A DNA stretch of 64,000 nucleotides from Vitreimonas sp. (GCA_035627515.1 DASPLQ010000012.1:714331-778330), one strand, 5' to 3'; counted from the first letter of the stretch, positions 1-11,361 are shown. A program made the numbers and translations. The notes: generated by a model from the sequence alone, not told the origin.

Positions 1-150
<150 letters not shown>

Positions 151-198
151 GAGGCTGAGTTATAATCTGTCACATAATCAATAACTCTGTCCAGTAAG

Positions 199-741
199 GT
201 GCATATGGGAAAAGAAGCAGGCTCTAAATCACTAGATTCATTCAAAAAAATCTGGGAAATGACTTGGTCTGAAAAACCTACTCCTGTTTATAGTGACAAT
301 CAACAGTTCGGTAGAAGTTTAGTTTTTTTCAATTTTACTTTAGCTGAAATTGCTCAATATTTGCCAGAGTTAGCGTCTGATTATCGTCTTAATATAATGG
401 AAGTTCATCAGGGCGTCGAAATAGCAACACTGCAAGTCCAAATCGAAGACGAGATAGCGGCACTAATTGATCAACAACGTCTAAATAAAGATGCACTCAT
501 GCAGCTGATAGTGAAGCAAATTCGTAAGCTAATGATACTGCCAGCATATACAGATTTTATGCTGCAAGAAGAAATAGCCTATTTGCTGGAAACAGTTCGA
601 GAGCACGAAGATGAAGGCAAACCAGTTGAAAACTGGATTTTCGCTGAATATTTTGAGGAAGATGGTCAAACTCGCCATCATTTTCGTCAACGGGCGTTAC
701 TTAATCAGATTTTGGCACAAGATACTAGCAGGGCAAATTGA
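199..741 (+). CDS. hypothetical protein (180 aa)
   Basis: Long ORF with no recognisable motifs; codon usage looks similar to its neighbours. Confidence 0.4.
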   Translation: MHMGKEAGSKSLDSFKKIWEMTWSEKPTPVYSDNQQFGRSLVFFNFTLAEIAQYLPELASDYRLNIMEVHQGVEIATLQVQIEDEIAALIDQQRLNKDALMQLIVKQIRKLMILPAYTDFMLQEEIAYLLETVREHEDEGKPVENWIFAEYFEEDGQTRHHFRQRALLNQILAQDTSRAN

Positions 742-746
742 TATTT

Positions 747-1373
747 ATGACATTTGTTTACTTCCACGGCTCGTTTGGCTCACCGGATGAAAACTGGGTG
801 GGGTACCTAGAGCGGGAATTAAACGAGTTAGGTCATCACTTATTAAGGCCTCGCTTTCCGGCTGATGATTGGGACAGAATTACTACTGCTGGGCAAGCTA
901 CACCTCCGCAACGGCAATCGCTTCACAGTTGGATGAGGAGCTTTGATGAGTTCTACGAAACTGAGTTAAAAAATCACGCTCGTGAACCAATGGTTTTCAT
1001 CGGTCATTCACTAGGCCCGGTTTTTATTTTGCACGTTTTAGAAAAATACCAACTTAAAATTGATGCAGCATTTTTTGTAGCACCCTTTTTATCGGCACTT
1101 GCCACCAAGTGGCAGTTTGATCATGTCAATTATTCTTTTTATAAAACGGATTTTGACTTTGCAAATCTTCGCGAATTGATTACTAAATCATATGTGGTTT
1201 ATGGTCATGACGATCCGTATGTGCCTCAGACACGTTTTTTTGAGTTTGCTGACAAAATGGGCAGCGCCATGATTGAAGTCAAAGGTGGTAAACATTTAAG
1301 CAAGTCCGGTGGTTTCACCGAGTTTCCGTTGTTGTTAGAGCTGTGTAAAACTAGAATCTTTGGAGCTAAATAA
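747..1373 (+). CDS. alpha/beta-fold serine hydrolase, RBBP9/YdeN-like
   Basis: FIGHSLGP nucleophile elbow (GxSxG), YGHDDPYVP and GGKHL motifs, about 200 aa. The ORF track begins at a TTG at 738; the first ATG is at 747. Confidence 0.65.
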   Translation: MTFVYFHGSFGSPDENWVGYLERELNELGHHLLRPRFPADDWDRITTAGQATPPQRQSLHSWMRSFDEFYETELKNHAREPMVFIGHSLGPVFILHVLEKYQLKIDAAFFVAPFLSALATKWQFDHVNYSFYKTDFDFANLRELITKSYVVYGHDDPYVPQTRFFEFADKMGSAMIEVKGGKHLSKSGGFTEFPLLLELCKTRIFGAK

Positions 1374-1382
1374 AGGAAGCCT

Positions 1383-2519
1383 ATGTCTGACGTTTATCAA
1401 CAATCAGTTGAGTTACACCAAAAGTATCAAGGCAAGCTAGGTGTCCAATCATTAGTTTCTGTCAAAAATCGTGACGATTTGTCGTTAGCTTATACGCCTG
1501 GTGTAGCTGAGCCTTGTCGAGTAATTGCCAAAGATCCCGACAAATCTTTTGAGTTAACCATGCGAGGCAGAACCGTGGCGGTGATTTCTGATGGTTCGGC
1601 GGTATTGGGGTTGGGGAATATTGGACCGGAAGCTGCCATGCCAGTTATGGAAGGTAAATCGTTATTAATGAAAGAGTTTGGAGGTGTGGACTCAATTCCA
1701 CTGGTCATCGCTACACAAGATACTCAAGAAATTATTAAGTTCGTTAAACAAGTGGCCCCTTCATTTGCTGGTATTAATTTAGAAGATATTTCAGCCCCAC
1801 GGTGTTTTGAAGTGGAAAGTGCTTTACAAGACATTGGTATTCCCGTATTTCATGACGACCAAGATGGAACAGCCATTGTGGTCACTGCGGCTCTAAGAAA
1901 TGCTGCCAAAGTGGTGGGCAAGAAATTTGAGGAGCTCAGTATTGTGATCGTAGGTGCGGGTGCGGCTGGCTTAGCGACGGCTAAGATGTTACAGAGCGTG
2001 GGCGACGTGGTAGTCGTGGATAGTAAGGGAGCACTTAGTTTGGACCGAACTGACCTTAATCCCTATAAACGAGCCTTTGCCGAAATTTCTAATAAGCAAC
2101 AAAAGTCAGGAGATTTAGCAACTGTGTTGCAAGGCGCTGACGCGGTAATTGGAGTGTCAGGCCCGGGGATTATTACTAAAGAAATGGTATCCAGCATGGC
2201 CGATCAAGCCATCGTAATGGCCATGGCCAATCCGGTGCCAGAAATCATGCCAGCGTTAGCTAAAGAAGCCGGTGCCATGGTGGTGGCAAGCGGACGGAGT
2301 GATTTTCCTAATCAAATTAATAATGTGTTGGCATTTCCGGGTATTTTCCGAGCGGTGGTTGAAGCCCGTTTACCACGAATTACCAAAGAAATGAAGTTTG
2401 CAGCGGCTGAGGCCATTGCCAGCTGTATCCCTGAGCCTACTGCTGACCGTATTATCCCTGAGCCCTTTTTCCCTGATCTTTCTAAAATAGTAGCAGAAGC
2501 AGTTAAGAAAGTTGCCTAG
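1383..2519 (+). CDS. NAD(P)-dependent malic enzyme (short bacterial form)
   Basis: [27 protein letters not shown] and [14 protein letters not shown] motifs; Rossmann GAGAAG; 378 aa. Confidence 0.88.
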   Translation: MSDVYQQSVELHQKYQGKLGVQSLVSVKNRDDLSLAYTPGVAEPCRVIAKDPDKSFELTMRGRTVAVISDGSAVLGLGNIGPEAAMPVMEGKSLLMKEFGGVDSIPLVIATQDTQEIIKFVKQVAPSFAGINLEDISAPRCFEVESALQDIGIPVFHDDQDGTAIVVTAALRNAAKVVGKKFEELSIVIVGAGAAGLATAKMLQSVGDVVVVDSKGALSLDRTDLNPYKRAFAEISNKQQKSGDLATVLQGADAVIGVSGPGIITKEMVSSMADQAIVMAMANPVPEIMPALAKEAGAMVVASGRSDFPNQINNVLAFPGIFRAVVEARLPRITKEMKFAAAEAIASCIPEPTADRIIPEPFFPDLSKIVAEAVKKVA

Positions 2520-2527
2520 CTCAACCT

Positions 2528-3364
2528 ATGTCTAAAGTCTTAGTGACCGGTGCCAGCAGTTACGCCGGAGCCAAAATCTATACCGATTTGCAGTCACACC
2601 TTGAGGTGGTGGGAACATATTACACTCACCAGTTATTTCCGGAGCTAATTAAGTTAGATTTGACCAAGCCGAGTGAAGTTGAAACAGTTCTGACGAACAT
2701 CAAACCTGAGGTCATCGTTCATGTTGCTAATCATTCTAGTGGCAGCTGGTGTAAGAAACATCCGCAAGAAACTGAACAGCTAAATTATCAAGCTACTCAG
2801 ACCTTGGTGGATTTGGCTAATAAGTTAGCAGCGCAGCTAATTTATATCTCATCATTTGCTCCCTTAAATACTCCACCGGGGACAGACATCTATGCCGACT
2901 CTAAAATGAACGCTGAGAAGTATATTAATCAGACCTCAAATAATTACGTGATTGTCCAACCATCCGAGATTTATGGCTGGAGTCCTAACACTACTAATGA
3001 TCGGCCATTTAATCGTTTGCTGAAAAATATTCACAACCATGAAAATGGCGCTTATGACAATTTTTGGCAGTTTCAGCCCACCTACCTGAAGCATCTTTCT
3101 GAAGTCATTGCTGCAGTCATTACTAAAAAAATAAGTGGCCAAACTATTCCGGTGGCAGTCCATAAAAAAGTTACCCGCTACGAGTTGGCTAAAGATCTTT
3201 TTAAAGCTTTTGATTTACAAGTCGAGCCAATCGATGAAAATCGCGGCAGTAATACCTTCCAGGATAATCTCGAAAAACTTAATGAACTACATTTGCCCAC
3301 GTATACTTACGACCAAGTTATCGAAGAAATTATTCAGGAAATAAAGGAGCATCATGGCCAGTAA
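2528..3364 (+). CDS. NAD-dependent epimerase/dehydratase, SDR fold (RmlD-like sugar-nucleotide reductase)
   Basis: N-terminal VLVTGASSYAGAKI Rossmann motif and YADSK catalytic YxxxK; 278 aa. Overlaps gdhA by 11 nt. Confidence 0.6.
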   Translation: MSKVLVTGASSYAGAKIYTDLQSHLEVVGTYYTHQLFPELIKLDLTKPSEVETVLTNIKPEVIVHVANHSSGSWCKKHPQETEQLNYQATQTLVDLANKLAAQLIYISSFAPLNTPPGTDIYADSKMNAEKYINQTSNNYVIVQPSEIYGWSPNTTNDRPFNRLLKNIHNHENGAYDNFWQFQPTYLKHLSEVIAAVITKKISGQTIPVAVHKKVTRYELAKDLFKAFDLQVEPIDENRGSNTFQDNLEKLNELHLPTYTYDQVIEEIIQEIKEHHGQ

Positions 3365-4637
3365 CCCTCATAAAAATGCGGTCAAACAGCTTGATCATGT
3401 GGCAGGCCTACTCAGCAAACAGTACGACGGAAAGCTCAACCAACGTTTTCAGGCAGCTATTAACAAACTTAAAACCCCTGACCGTGTTTTAGAAACAGAA
3501 CTTAAAGTGAAGATGGATGACGGTAAAACAAAAACGTTTCAAGCCTATCGCTCTCAACACAACAATGCCCGAGGACCATACAAAGGTGGGATTCGCTTTC
3601 ACCCTGGTGTCACTAAAGAAGAGGTGATGGCCCTCTCTACCTGGATGACATGGAAATGTGCAGTAACCGGTATTCCGTATGGTGGTGGTAAAGGGGGAGT
3701 AATTGTCGATCCACAAACATTAAGTGCCACTGAGTTGCAAAATCTAAGCCGTGCTTATGCTCGTTTTATTGCTGAACACATTGGTCCCTGGACAGATATT
3801 CCGGCTCCTGACGTCAATACCAATGGTCAAATTATGGCTTGGATGGTGGACGAGTGGGAACAAGTGATGACCAAAAACTTGGGCCAAGTCCTCGAGAATC
3901 CCTGGGCCACATTTACGGGCAAGCCTCTTAATTTGGGTGGCTCGCAAGGTCGGGAAGAAGCAACGGGGTTGGGCGGAGTGATTACACTCAAAGAAGCTAG
4001 TTTTAACATGGGACTATTGCCCCGAGAAACCACTGTGGCTGTCCAAGGTTTTGGGAATGTGGGGTACTGGTTTGCCTTTCATGCTCAGCAAAGAGGTTAT
4101 AAAGTAGTGGCATTGTCTGATTCCAAAGGCGCTGTTTATAAGCGTGGAGGCTTTGATTTGGAGACTGTCATGGCTCATAAACAGAAGACAGGCTCACTCA
4201 AAGGATTAGGTGATGAGTTGACCAATGAAGAATTACTAGAACTTAAAGTTAATGTCCTCGTGCCCGCAGCCTTGGAGAACGTGATTACGGCTGAAAATGC
4301 AGACAAAATCAAAGCCCAATTAATTGTGGAGATGGCCAATGGACCGGTTACACCCGAAGCAGATCCGATTTTATTTGCTAAAGATATTACCGTCATTCCT
4401 GATGTGTTAGCTAATGCGGGTGGCGTGACGACCTCATACTTTGAGTGGGTGCAAAACCTGCACGGTTATTACTGGTCACATCAAGACGTGGTGGCAAAAT
4501 TGGAACCGCTCATGAAACAAGCTTTTGATCAAATGTGGCTGATGAAAGAGAAAACTCACCAAGATGGACGGACCGCTACCTACTTAAACGCAGTTAAATC
4601 AGTTGTGGATACCATGATTCTACGCGGTAGAGTATAA
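3354..4637 (+). CDS. gdhA: Glutamate dehydrogenase (Glu/Leu/Phe/Val dehydrogenase family)
   Basis: Diagnostic [11 protein letters not shown]...PYGGGKGG active-site region, plus the QGFGNVG dinucleotide-binding motif. Confidence 0.9.
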   Translation: MASNPHKNAVKQLDHVAGLLSKQYDGKLNQRFQAAINKLKTPDRVLETELKVKMDDGKTKTFQAYRSQHNNARGPYKGGIRFHPGVTKEEVMALSTWMTWKCAVTGIPYGGGKGGVIVDPQTLSATELQNLSRAYARFIAEHIGPWTDIPAPDVNTNGQIMAWMVDEWEQVMTKNLGQVLENPWATFTGKPLNLGGSQGREEATGLGGVITLKEASFNMGLLPRETTVAVQGFGNVGYWFAFHAQQRGYKVVALSDSKGAVYKRGGFDLETVMAHKQKTGSLKGLGDELTNEELLELKVNVLVPAALENVITAENADKIKAQLIVEMANGPVTPEADPILFAKDITVIPDVLANAGGVTTSYFEWVQNLHGYYWSHQDVVAKLEPLMKQAFDQMWLMKEKTHQDGRTATYLNAVKSVVDTMILRGRV

Positions 4638-4671
4638 TAGCGCATTCACGCATCCTAAGAGGTACTTTTCT

Positions 4672-5763
4672 ATGGCTATTCCCAAAGCTGTCCAACGAGA
4701 TATTGAAGAACTGCTCAAAAAGGGCAAACAAGCTGGGTTCATCACTCAAGATGATGTTCTCGAAGCGTTTGTCGAGCCTGAGCTGTATATTGATGAGCTC
4801 GATGAGTTTTATGACCGCGTCATTAGCGAAGGTATCGATATCTTTGAGTCAGTCTCTGATGATGCCCAAGGTGAAGACGCCGACGTCTTGCAACGTGAGC
4901 TAGAAGTCTTATCTTCGCTTGATTCTGATGGTGTGTCTGACCCTGTCAGAATGTACCTCAAGGAAATTGGTCGCATTCCGCTTTTAAATCGTGAAGAAGA
5001 AATTCGTTTGGCTCAAAAAGCCGAGTCTGGTGATCTCAAAGCCAAAGAAAAACTGACAGCCTCTAACTTACGGTTAGTGGTCTCAATTGCCAAGAAATAC
5101 ATTGGTCGTGGCATGACGTTCTTGGATTTGATCCAAGAGGGCAACAAAGGTCTCATTCGGGCCGTCGAAAAGTACGACTGGACCAAAGGTTTTAAATTCT
5201 CAACCTACGCTACCTGGTGGATTCGCCAGGCTATTACGCGGGCCATCGCTGACCAGGCTCGGACCATCCGGATTCCGGTCCACATGGTGGAAACCATCAA
5301 TAAATTGATGCGCACCGCCCGTAAGTTGATGCAAGACCTCGGTCGTGAGCCAACTCCAGAGGAGATTGCCACCGCCATGGGCGACATGGATGCTGATAAG
5401 GTTCGTGAAATTCTCAAGATTTCTCAAAATACCACCTCATTGGAATCTCCAGTGGGTGAAAGTGATGATGACAGCGTCTTAGGCGACTTCATCGCTGATG
5501 AGCGACAAATTTCGCCTTACGAAGCTACCAGTCAACAAATGTTGCGTGAGAATGTGGAAGAGGTCCTGTCCGCACTCTCCGACCGAGAAGCTAAAGTCCT
5601 CAAAATGCGCTTTGGATTAAGTGGCAACAAGATGATGACTCTCGAAGAAGTGGGCCAAAAATTTGGCGTCACTCGCGAGCGGATCCGACAAATTGAAGCC
5701 AAGGCTCTGCGCAAGCTCAAACATCCTTCTCGACGAAAGATGCTGCAAGATTTCTTGGAGTAA
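4672..5763 (+). CDS. rpoD: RNA polymerase primary sigma factor (sigma-70)
   Basis: [16 protein letters not shown] (region 1.2), [29 protein letters not shown] (region 2.3-2.4), and a region 4 [29 protein letters not shown]. Confidence 0.92.
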   Translation: MAIPKAVQRDIEELLKKGKQAGFITQDDVLEAFVEPELYIDELDEFYDRVISEGIDIFESVSDDAQGEDADVLQRELEVLSSLDSDGVSDPVRMYLKEIGRIPLLNREEEIRLAQKAESGDLKAKEKLTASNLRLVVSIAKKYIGRGMTFLDLIQEGNKGLIRAVEKYDWTKGFKFSTYATWWIRQAITRAIADQARTIRIPVHMVETINKLMRTARKLMQDLGREPTPEEIATAMGDMDADKVREILKISQNTTSLESPVGESDDDSVLGDFIADERQISPYEATSQQMLRENVEEVLSALSDREAKVLKMRFGLSGNKMMTLEEVGQKFGVTRERIRQIEAKALRKLKHPSRRKMLQDFLE

Positions 5764-6307
5764 TTGCTAGTTCTCTAATTGCTAATTGGATAATTTAAGC
5801 TTCTTTATTGAGGAAATGTGTATTTTAATTAGCTCTTCGTTTTCATTAAGTACTGGTCTTGAAACTGCTTCTTGAGCTTCCACAAAATTAGCCCAAATTG
5901 AATTACCTCGACCACGATAAGTATGGCAAGAGGCTAATTAAAAGCGATTTTCCTCTGAAGGCAAGTGACGGCTGAGACGGGATATCTCTTTGAAACAGGT
6001 GTATATACACTGGCATTATTGTGGCACGATCATGCACTATTTATGCTAGCGTAAAAATGAGGTTCTGTTTAGGAGTGTGTCAGCGAAAAGGTCTTTTGTT
6101 GAGCTCGTGTTTTTTCGTTTGTATGAATATTGGCAAAAATCATACAACGGACACAAAACTTCCTTCAAAATGGTACCCTCACAAACCTGTTTTTTATAGA
6201 TTGTGCGATTATTAACAAAAATGCCACTTACCAAACCTTCACTTGTCTCTAGCCTTGATCACACATACTTTCCTTAGACTATCCATCAGATCTAACGAAA
6301 GGAATGT

Positions 6308-6505
6308 ATGAACATCATTATCAAAGTTATCTTAGCTTTTGTTTTTCCACCTTTGGCTGCCTTGATGGAAGTTGGTTTAAGTTTCCACTTTGTCTTAAAT
6401 GTGGTCTTAACCTTATTCGGCTGGCTTCCCGGAGCTCTTCATGCCTTGTGGTTAGTTTATTCCGCCAATAACTCAGGTAATTATAGTGACCCTGTCACGC
6501 TGTAA
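6308..6505 (+). CDS. Pmp3/YqaE (UPF0057) family small membrane proteolipid
   Basis: 65 aa with two TM segments; ILAFVFPPLAALMEVG...LNVVLTLFGWLPGALHALW matches the Pmp3/YqaE signature. Confidence 0.75.
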   Translation: MNIIIKVILAFVFPPLAALMEVGLSFHFVLNVVLTLFGWLPGALHALWLVYSANNSGNYSDPVTL

Positions 6506-6582
6506 ATTCAATCATGGTTTTCGGGAAATGGCGCGAGTTCACTGATTGTGTTATAGCAGCCGCTGCCTTACAGTAAGCACTG

Positions 6583-7920
6583 ATGAATACCGTTCTTTCT
6601 CTTTCGAAGCTAGAGTTTAACGAGCAATTTAGCCAGGCTCTCGAAATTCTCGAAAAAAGTACCCAACATGTTTTTATCACTGGTCGTGCGGGGACTGGCA
6701 AATCTACCCTGCTCAGTTACTTTCGCCAGCAGACGCAACAAGCCTATGTGGTGGCCGCTCCCACCGGAGTGGCGGCGCTCAACGTCCAAGGAGAAACTAT
6801 TCACTCCTTATTTAAATTTTGGCCGAATATCACTGTCGCTGAAGCCAAGAAGCAAGCCTATAAAGCCCACAAGAAACGAGAGCTTTTTCAAAACCTCCAG
6901 ATTTTAGTCATCGATGAAATTTCGATGGTGAGAGCTGATTTGATGGATGCGATGGATATTTTTTTGCAAACCATCCGCGCTAATGATACGCCGTTTGGTG
7001 GTGTGCGCTTAATTGCCTTTGGTGATCTCTATCAATTACCACCGGTTTTAAATCGTGAAGAAGAGATTGCCTTTAGTTTGATTTATCCTTCTCCCTATTT
7101 TTTTGATTCCGAAGTTTTTCAACGCTTGTTGCAGATGCAACCATCACCTCTGACAGTGATTGAACTCCAGACAATTTATCGCCAATCTGAGCAAGAATTT
7201 ATTGAGGTTTTGAATGGGATTAGAGATAAGACCCTGACCTCTGAGCAATTAAACATCCTTAATCGCCGAGTCAATGATGAGTGGGCTGAACACCTAGATA
7301 CGGCAATTGTGTTGACTGCCACTAATTATCAGGCAGAACACATCAATACTCGCCAACTGCAAGCTTTAGATGCTGAACCATGGTTTTATCAGGGCTCGAT
7401 TACCGGCAGTTTTGATAAGCCCAGTTTTCCCACCGATGAAGTGATCACGCTGAAACCTGGAGCCAGAGTGATGATGGTTAATAATGACGCTGACAAACGC
7501 TGGGTCAATGGCAGTATGGGCCGGGTAGTCAAGTTTCAACCCAAGCCAGACAATCCTGCTGCCACCTTAGTGATTGTTAAGCTCGATAGTGGTGAAGAGG
7601 TGGAGGTGGCACCGTATTCATGGGAAATCAGCCAATCTATTTATAATCAAGAAACGAACACGATTGAGAGAGAAGTGATTGGCAGTTTTTCTCAATATCC
7701 TCTGCGGTTAGCGTGGGCAGTGACGATTCATAAAAGCCAAGGTAAAACTTTTACCAAAGTCATTGTGGATCTTGGTCGTCAAGCGTTTGCAGCGGGGCAG
7801 ACGTATGTGGCCTTAAGTCGCTGCACCTCTTTGGGTGGCCTCCATCTGGTACGTCCCCTCCGAGACAACGATATTCAGCTCGATTCTCGAATTCTCTCTT
7901 TTCTCAAGACACTTAAATAA
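6583..7920 (+). CDS. PIF1/RecD-like ATP-dependent DNA helicase (AAA_30 + UvrD_C_2)
   Basis: Walker A GRAGTGKST, Walker B LVIDEISMV, and the C-terminal HKSQGKTF...YVALSRCTSL helicase motifs. Confidence 0.8.
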   Translation: MNTVLSLSKLEFNEQFSQALEILEKSTQHVFITGRAGTGKSTLLSYFRQQTQQAYVVAAPTGVAALNVQGETIHSLFKFWPNITVAEAKKQAYKAHKKRELFQNLQILVIDEISMVRADLMDAMDIFLQTIRANDTPFGGVRLIAFGDLYQLPPVLNREEEIAFSLIYPSPYFFDSEVFQRLLQMQPSPLTVIELQTIYRQSEQEFIEVLNGIRDKTLTSEQLNILNRRVNDEWAEHLDTAIVLTATNYQAEHINTRQLQALDAEPWFYQGSITGSFDKPSFPTDEVITLKPGARVMMVNNDADKRWVNGSMGRVVKFQPKPDNPAATLVIVKLDSGEEVEVAPYSWEISQSIYNQETNTIEREVIGSFSQYPLRLAWAVTIHKSQGKTFTKVIVDLGRQAFAAGQTYVALSRCTSLGGLHLVRPLRDNDIQLDSRILSFLKTLK

Positions 7921-7973
7921 ACGCTTGGCTAAGAATTGTTTTCCTGATAAAATCAACGTTCGTTGAACCTCAA

Positions 7974-8045
7974 TCCCCGATAGCTCAATGGCAGAGCAAT
8001 TCGCTGTTAACGAAAAGGTTCTAGGTTCGAATCCTAGTCGGGGAG
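7974..8045 (+). tRNA. tRNA-Asn (anticodon GTT)
   Basis: Hand-folded cloverleaf. Perfect 7-bp acceptor stem TCCCCGA/TCGGGGA, D-arm GCTC/GAGC, anticodon loop CTGTTAA giving GTT, T-arm CTAGG-TTCGAAT-CCTAG, discriminator G, CCA not encoded. One A-A mismatch in the anticodon stem. Confidence 0.85.
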
Positions 8046-8113
8046 CTTCTGTTTTCCATCGAGTAAAATTTCCATAGCCCTCTTGGGTTCCGAACCTTTG
8101 TTATACTTCACTC

Positions 8114-8746
8114 ATGAAAATTAACAAAAAGTTTCAATCAACTGTTGAAGCATATAATCAATTTGCTCCTCAGTTTATTAAACATCTAGAAGCAAAAGTA
8201 TCAAATATTGAGATGGATAAATTTGATAGTCACGTTCAAGGAGGATATATCCTTGATGCTGGATGTGGTTCATGCAGAGACGCAGCCCAACTTATAAAGA
8301 GGGGTTATAAAGTTCTGGGGATTGATGCTTCAGAAGGGCTGTTGAATGAAGCAAAGAAAATTCATCCCGAGGTACCTACTCAGTTAATGAGTTTGACAGA
8401 ACTGGAATTTGAAACAGTGACTTTCAATGGGGTGTGGTGTAGGGCGACGCTGCTCCATATTGATAGAGATGAAGTACCTAAAGTTCTGTCGAATTTTCAC
8501 AAAATTTTGAAATCTCAAGGCATTTTATATATACAAACAAAAAAAGGTGAAGGAGAAGGAACTCAACCAGTCCCATTTGATCCATCTATGACACGCTTTT
8601 TCACTTTTTTTGAAGAAAAAGAACTATGTCAATTAGTTACTAATGCTGGATTTGAAATTGTAGAAAGTTATACGTACGACACCAAAGATAGAGAAAAGAG
8701 TGCTAAGGGACAAGAGTGGGTAGTAATTTTTGCAAGAAAGATTTAA
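8114..8746 (+). CDS. class I SAM-dependent methyltransferase
   Basis: Motif I ILDAGCGSCRD and an acidic post-I motif LGIDASE; visibly AT-rich; first gene after the tRNA. Confidence 0.75.
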   Translation: MKINKKFQSTVEAYNQFAPQFIKHLEAKVSNIEMDKFDSHVQGGYILDAGCGSCRDAAQLIKRGYKVLGIDASEGLLNEAKKIHPEVPTQLMSLTELEFETVTFNGVWCRATLLHIDRDEVPKVLSNFHKILKSQGILYIQTKKGEGEGTQPVPFDPSMTRFFTFFEEKELCQLVTNAGFEIVESYTYDTKDREKSAKGQEWVVIFARKI

Positions 8747-8805
8747 TTATTATTGAACAAGTTTAGCTTAAGGGGAGATAATAGTTTGTTTTTTCAAACG
8801 ATGTA

Positions 8806-8842
8806 GTTCGGTAATCTTTCCACAAAGTGAGCTCCTGTTTTT
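8806..8842 (+). repeat. degenerate copy of the tRNA-Asn 3' half plus downstream flank (att-like repeat C)
   Basis: GTTCGgtAATC...GAGCTcCTGTTTTT aligns to tRNA GTTCGAATCC...GAGCTTCTGTTTT (T-loop through 3' flank). Confidence 0.5.
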
Positions 8843-8871
8843 AACCTCAACACTTTTTATATAATAATCTC

Positions 8872-9234
8872 ATGTCAATAAAGAACAAGATGACTGGGGA
8901 TTTTAGTGATAAGCCTACAACGCAAACTTTTTTTGTCGCTATAACCAAATATATTGAATCACTAGGTCTAACCAATAAAGAAGTGAAAGCTCAAGTAAGT
9001 TACGGTGTAAACAGGAAATTTATATGGTTGTGGGCGTACGACAGAACACCCGATGGGATTCTTTACATGACCGTTTGCTTAGATAAAAAAATTGACGACT
9101 CCCACTTTCACAATGTTACGCAGATAAGCAAAAATCGTTGGAATCATCATGTCGAAGTAAGATCACAAGCAGCAGCAACAAGCGGCTGGTTACGTCTGCT
9201 TATCCATGAGGGATATGAGTTTGCTAAGAAATAA
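8872..9234 (+). CDS. hypothetical protein (120 aa)
   Basis: ORF in the AT-rich island; no motif recognised. Confidence 0.4.
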   Translation: MSIKNKMTGDFSDKPTTQTFFVAITKYIESLGLTNKEVKAQVSYGVNRKFIWLWAYDRTPDGILYMTVCLDKKIDDSHFHNVTQISKNRWNHHVEVRSQAAATSGWLRLLIHEGYEFAKK

Positions 9235-9329
9235 GTCTTAACTACTTCCAACATAGGGAGCATTAGTCTTCACTCAAGAACTGTTCTTGTCTCCCACTCA
9301 ACTTTTAAACTTTTGTTATACTTGGGACT

Positions 9330-9848
9330 ATGGCCCAATCTTTAGTTCGAAATGCCACTTCAGCCGATGCTTTAGCTATTGCCCAGATCCATGTTAAAAC
9401 ATGGCAATGTACATATCGGGGCCAAGTTCCGGATAGTTTTCTCGATTCGATGTCAGTTCAGCAAAGGAAAGAAGATTGGCAAAAAGCACTAGATAATCCA
9501 GCAAAAGATATCTATGCACTTGTTGCAGAAGTAGATAGCAAAATTGTGGGTTGGTGTACTGGCGGGGTTAACAGAGATGAAGATGTAGATAAAGATACTG
9601 GAGAGCTTCACGGAATTTATATTGACCCAGAATATATAGCCAAAGGTGTGGGTACAGCCCTAATGGAATATCTTCTCCAGCTGTTAAGAAAAGATGGCTA
9701 CAAAAAAGCGACCTTGTGGGTTCTCGATACTAATCAACAAACGAGAGAGTTTTACGAAAAGAAGGGCTGGCGCGTAGAGGGAAGAACGAAGGTAGAGCCA
9801 AGAGACGGTTTTTCACTGAATGAAGTAAGATACATTATTGAGCTATAA
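9330..9848 (+). CDS. GNAT family N-acetyltransferase
   Basis: Acetyl-CoA binding motif region IAKGVGTALMEYLL (Q/RxxGxG/A); 172 aa. Confidence 0.75.
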   Translation: MAQSLVRNATSADALAIAQIHVKTWQCTYRGQVPDSFLDSMSVQQRKEDWQKALDNPAKDIYALVAEVDSKIVGWCTGGVNRDEDVDKDTGELHGIYIDPEYIAKGVGTALMEYLLQLLRKDGYKKATLWVLDTNQQTREFYEKKGWRVEGRTKVEPRDGFSLNEVRYIIEL

Positions 9849-9862
9849 AAAATTTTCACGAT

Positions 9863-10624
9863 ATGACTTCAACTAATGTATCGGTAGCCGCTTTTCAAGG
9901 TCAAGCTATTTATAGTGATATTCCTAAAGCGCTTAAGGTAATCAAAGAAACACTTCAATGGGCTGAGAGCAAAGGTGTGGATATACTCTGTTTTCCAGAA
10001 TGTTACTTGCAAGGCTATACGTGGAGTGAAGAAATATCTCGTAAGGTGAGCATTGAGTTACATTCAGCAGATTTTAAACACATCCTTGAACAACTTCATA
10101 GCTATAAAACCACGGTAATATTAGGAGTAATAGAGAGAGACGCTGAGAAAATCTACAATACCGCAGTTGTAATAGAAAAAGGTAAACTCTTAGGTAAATA
10201 TCAAAAATGTCACATTCACAATAAAGAAGAGTTTTTTACATGTGGAACTGCGTATCCCATCTTTAAAAAGAAAGGCATAAAGTATGGAATTAATATCTGC
10301 TATGACTCAAGATTCCCTGACTCAACAGAAGCGTTAGCTAAACAAGGTGCTCAAGTTATTTTCAGCCCTTTAAATAATAGCTTGCCTCACGCCAAAGCTG
10401 ATGATTGGAAAGACAAGCACTTACCCTACTTTATTGAAAAAGCAAAACAAAGTGGTTGTTGGATTGTTACATCAGATGTGGTTGATAATTCAGAAACTCA
10501 CACCGGTTATGGTTGTACAGCTTTGGTTAGCCCAGATGGAAAGGTGATTGAGTATTTAGAACATTCCAAGCAAGGGAATTTTCTGAGAAAACTAAGTTTG
10601 TTCGAAAATCGTTCCAAAGAGTGA
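9863..10624 (+). CDS. carbon-nitrogen hydrolase (nitrilase superfamily)
   Basis: ILCFPECYLQGY (catalytic Glu), a KxH Lys region, and the INICYDSRFPD catalytic Cys motif: the E-K-C triad. Confidence 0.8.
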   Translation: MTSTNVSVAAFQGQAIYSDIPKALKVIKETLQWAESKGVDILCFPECYLQGYTWSEEISRKVSIELHSADFKHILEQLHSYKTTVILGVIERDAEKIYNTAVVIEKGKLLGKYQKCHIHNKEEFFTCGTAYPIFKKKGIKYGINICYDSRFPDSTEALAKQGAQVIFSPLNNSLPHAKADDWKDKHLPYFIEKAKQSGCWIVTSDVVDNSETHTGYGCTALVSPDGKVIEYLEHSKQGNFLRKLSLFENRSKE

Positions 10625-10737
10625 GTATTATCCTATAACAATTAATATTTTTCCAAACTTTAAATCTTATTTTGCTATATAAAGAAGCTATTTCAATTAA
10701 AAGAAATGTGTTAACCTGGTCTTGAAGGTTTTTATTT

Positions 10738-11361
10738 ATGCTAGAAAATAATGCACAGATAGGCTTAGAAGTTAACAAAACTCAAGACCTGGGTCCGGTA
10801 TTAAACACTAATCTAGTTGTCCCAAGAGAAAGTGTAACTGGGTTTGAGAATACTCCATGCTTGGTATTTGGTAATGGAGTTGAGATTGAGACTGTAGTCT
10901 ATGCCAAAAGTACCCAAGAGAACGTGAGAGAGATGGCCGATGGCAGAAGCGTCCTTTCATTACACCAAAGAAGAGGAAGCGATGGAGAAGGTACAGATGT
11001 AGTCAAAGTACATTTCCTACCCACAACTTCATTAGCAGAAAGGGCGTCAGATCCTGAGCAGGTGGCTGAGTCAGAGAAGTGGCACATACAAATAGATGCT
11101 ATAACAGGTTTTTTATCTATGGCGAATGCGTTTACAAAAGATCAAATTATTATTTCTAATGGCTCCTCACCTGATTATTATTTATTTATGGATACTAATC
11201 CACAATTTGCAGCCTTTATGAGATTGAGGTGTGGATTCAGAGGAACTATTGGAGGTACTCAGGTATGGATAAAAAGAAGCGAGTTCACATCAGAAGAGAA
11301 CAGAGCGCTAATGAGCAGCTTTTTAGAATCATTGAAAGAAAGAGTGAGTACTGTTTCATAA
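10738..11361 (+). CDS. hypothetical protein (207 aa)
   Basis: ORF with no recognisable motif; convergent with the 524-aa ORF, sharing a 6-nt 3' overlap. Confidence 0.4.
   Translation: MLENNAQIGLEVNKTQDLGPVLNTNLVVPRESVTGFENTPCLVFGNGVEIETVVYAKSTQENVREMADGRSVLSLHQRRGSDGEGTDVVKVHFLPTTSLAERASDPEQVAESEKWHIQIDAITGFLSMANAFTKDQIIISNGSSPDYYLFMDTNPQFAAFMRLRCGFRGTIGGTQVWIKRSEFTSEENRALMSSFLESLKERVSTVS

Noticed and set aside
738-746. TTG start at 738 for the YdeN-like hydrolase, as in the ORF track
   Set aside because: An in-frame ATG at 747 gives the conserved N-terminus (MTFVYFHGSFG). The 5' extension is probably an artefact of ORF calling.
6021-6234. Two antiparallel 62-64-aa ORFs in the rpoD-pmp3 intergenic tract
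   Set aside because: Cys/Phe-rich nonsense-like translations in AT-rich DNA. The tract is treated as non-coding and flagged separately as a possible ncRNA or regulatory region.
10527-10778. 83-aa minus-strand ORF spanning the nitrilase 3' end and the intergenic region
   Set aside because: Overlaps the nitrilase CDS and the AT-rich spacer; no support.
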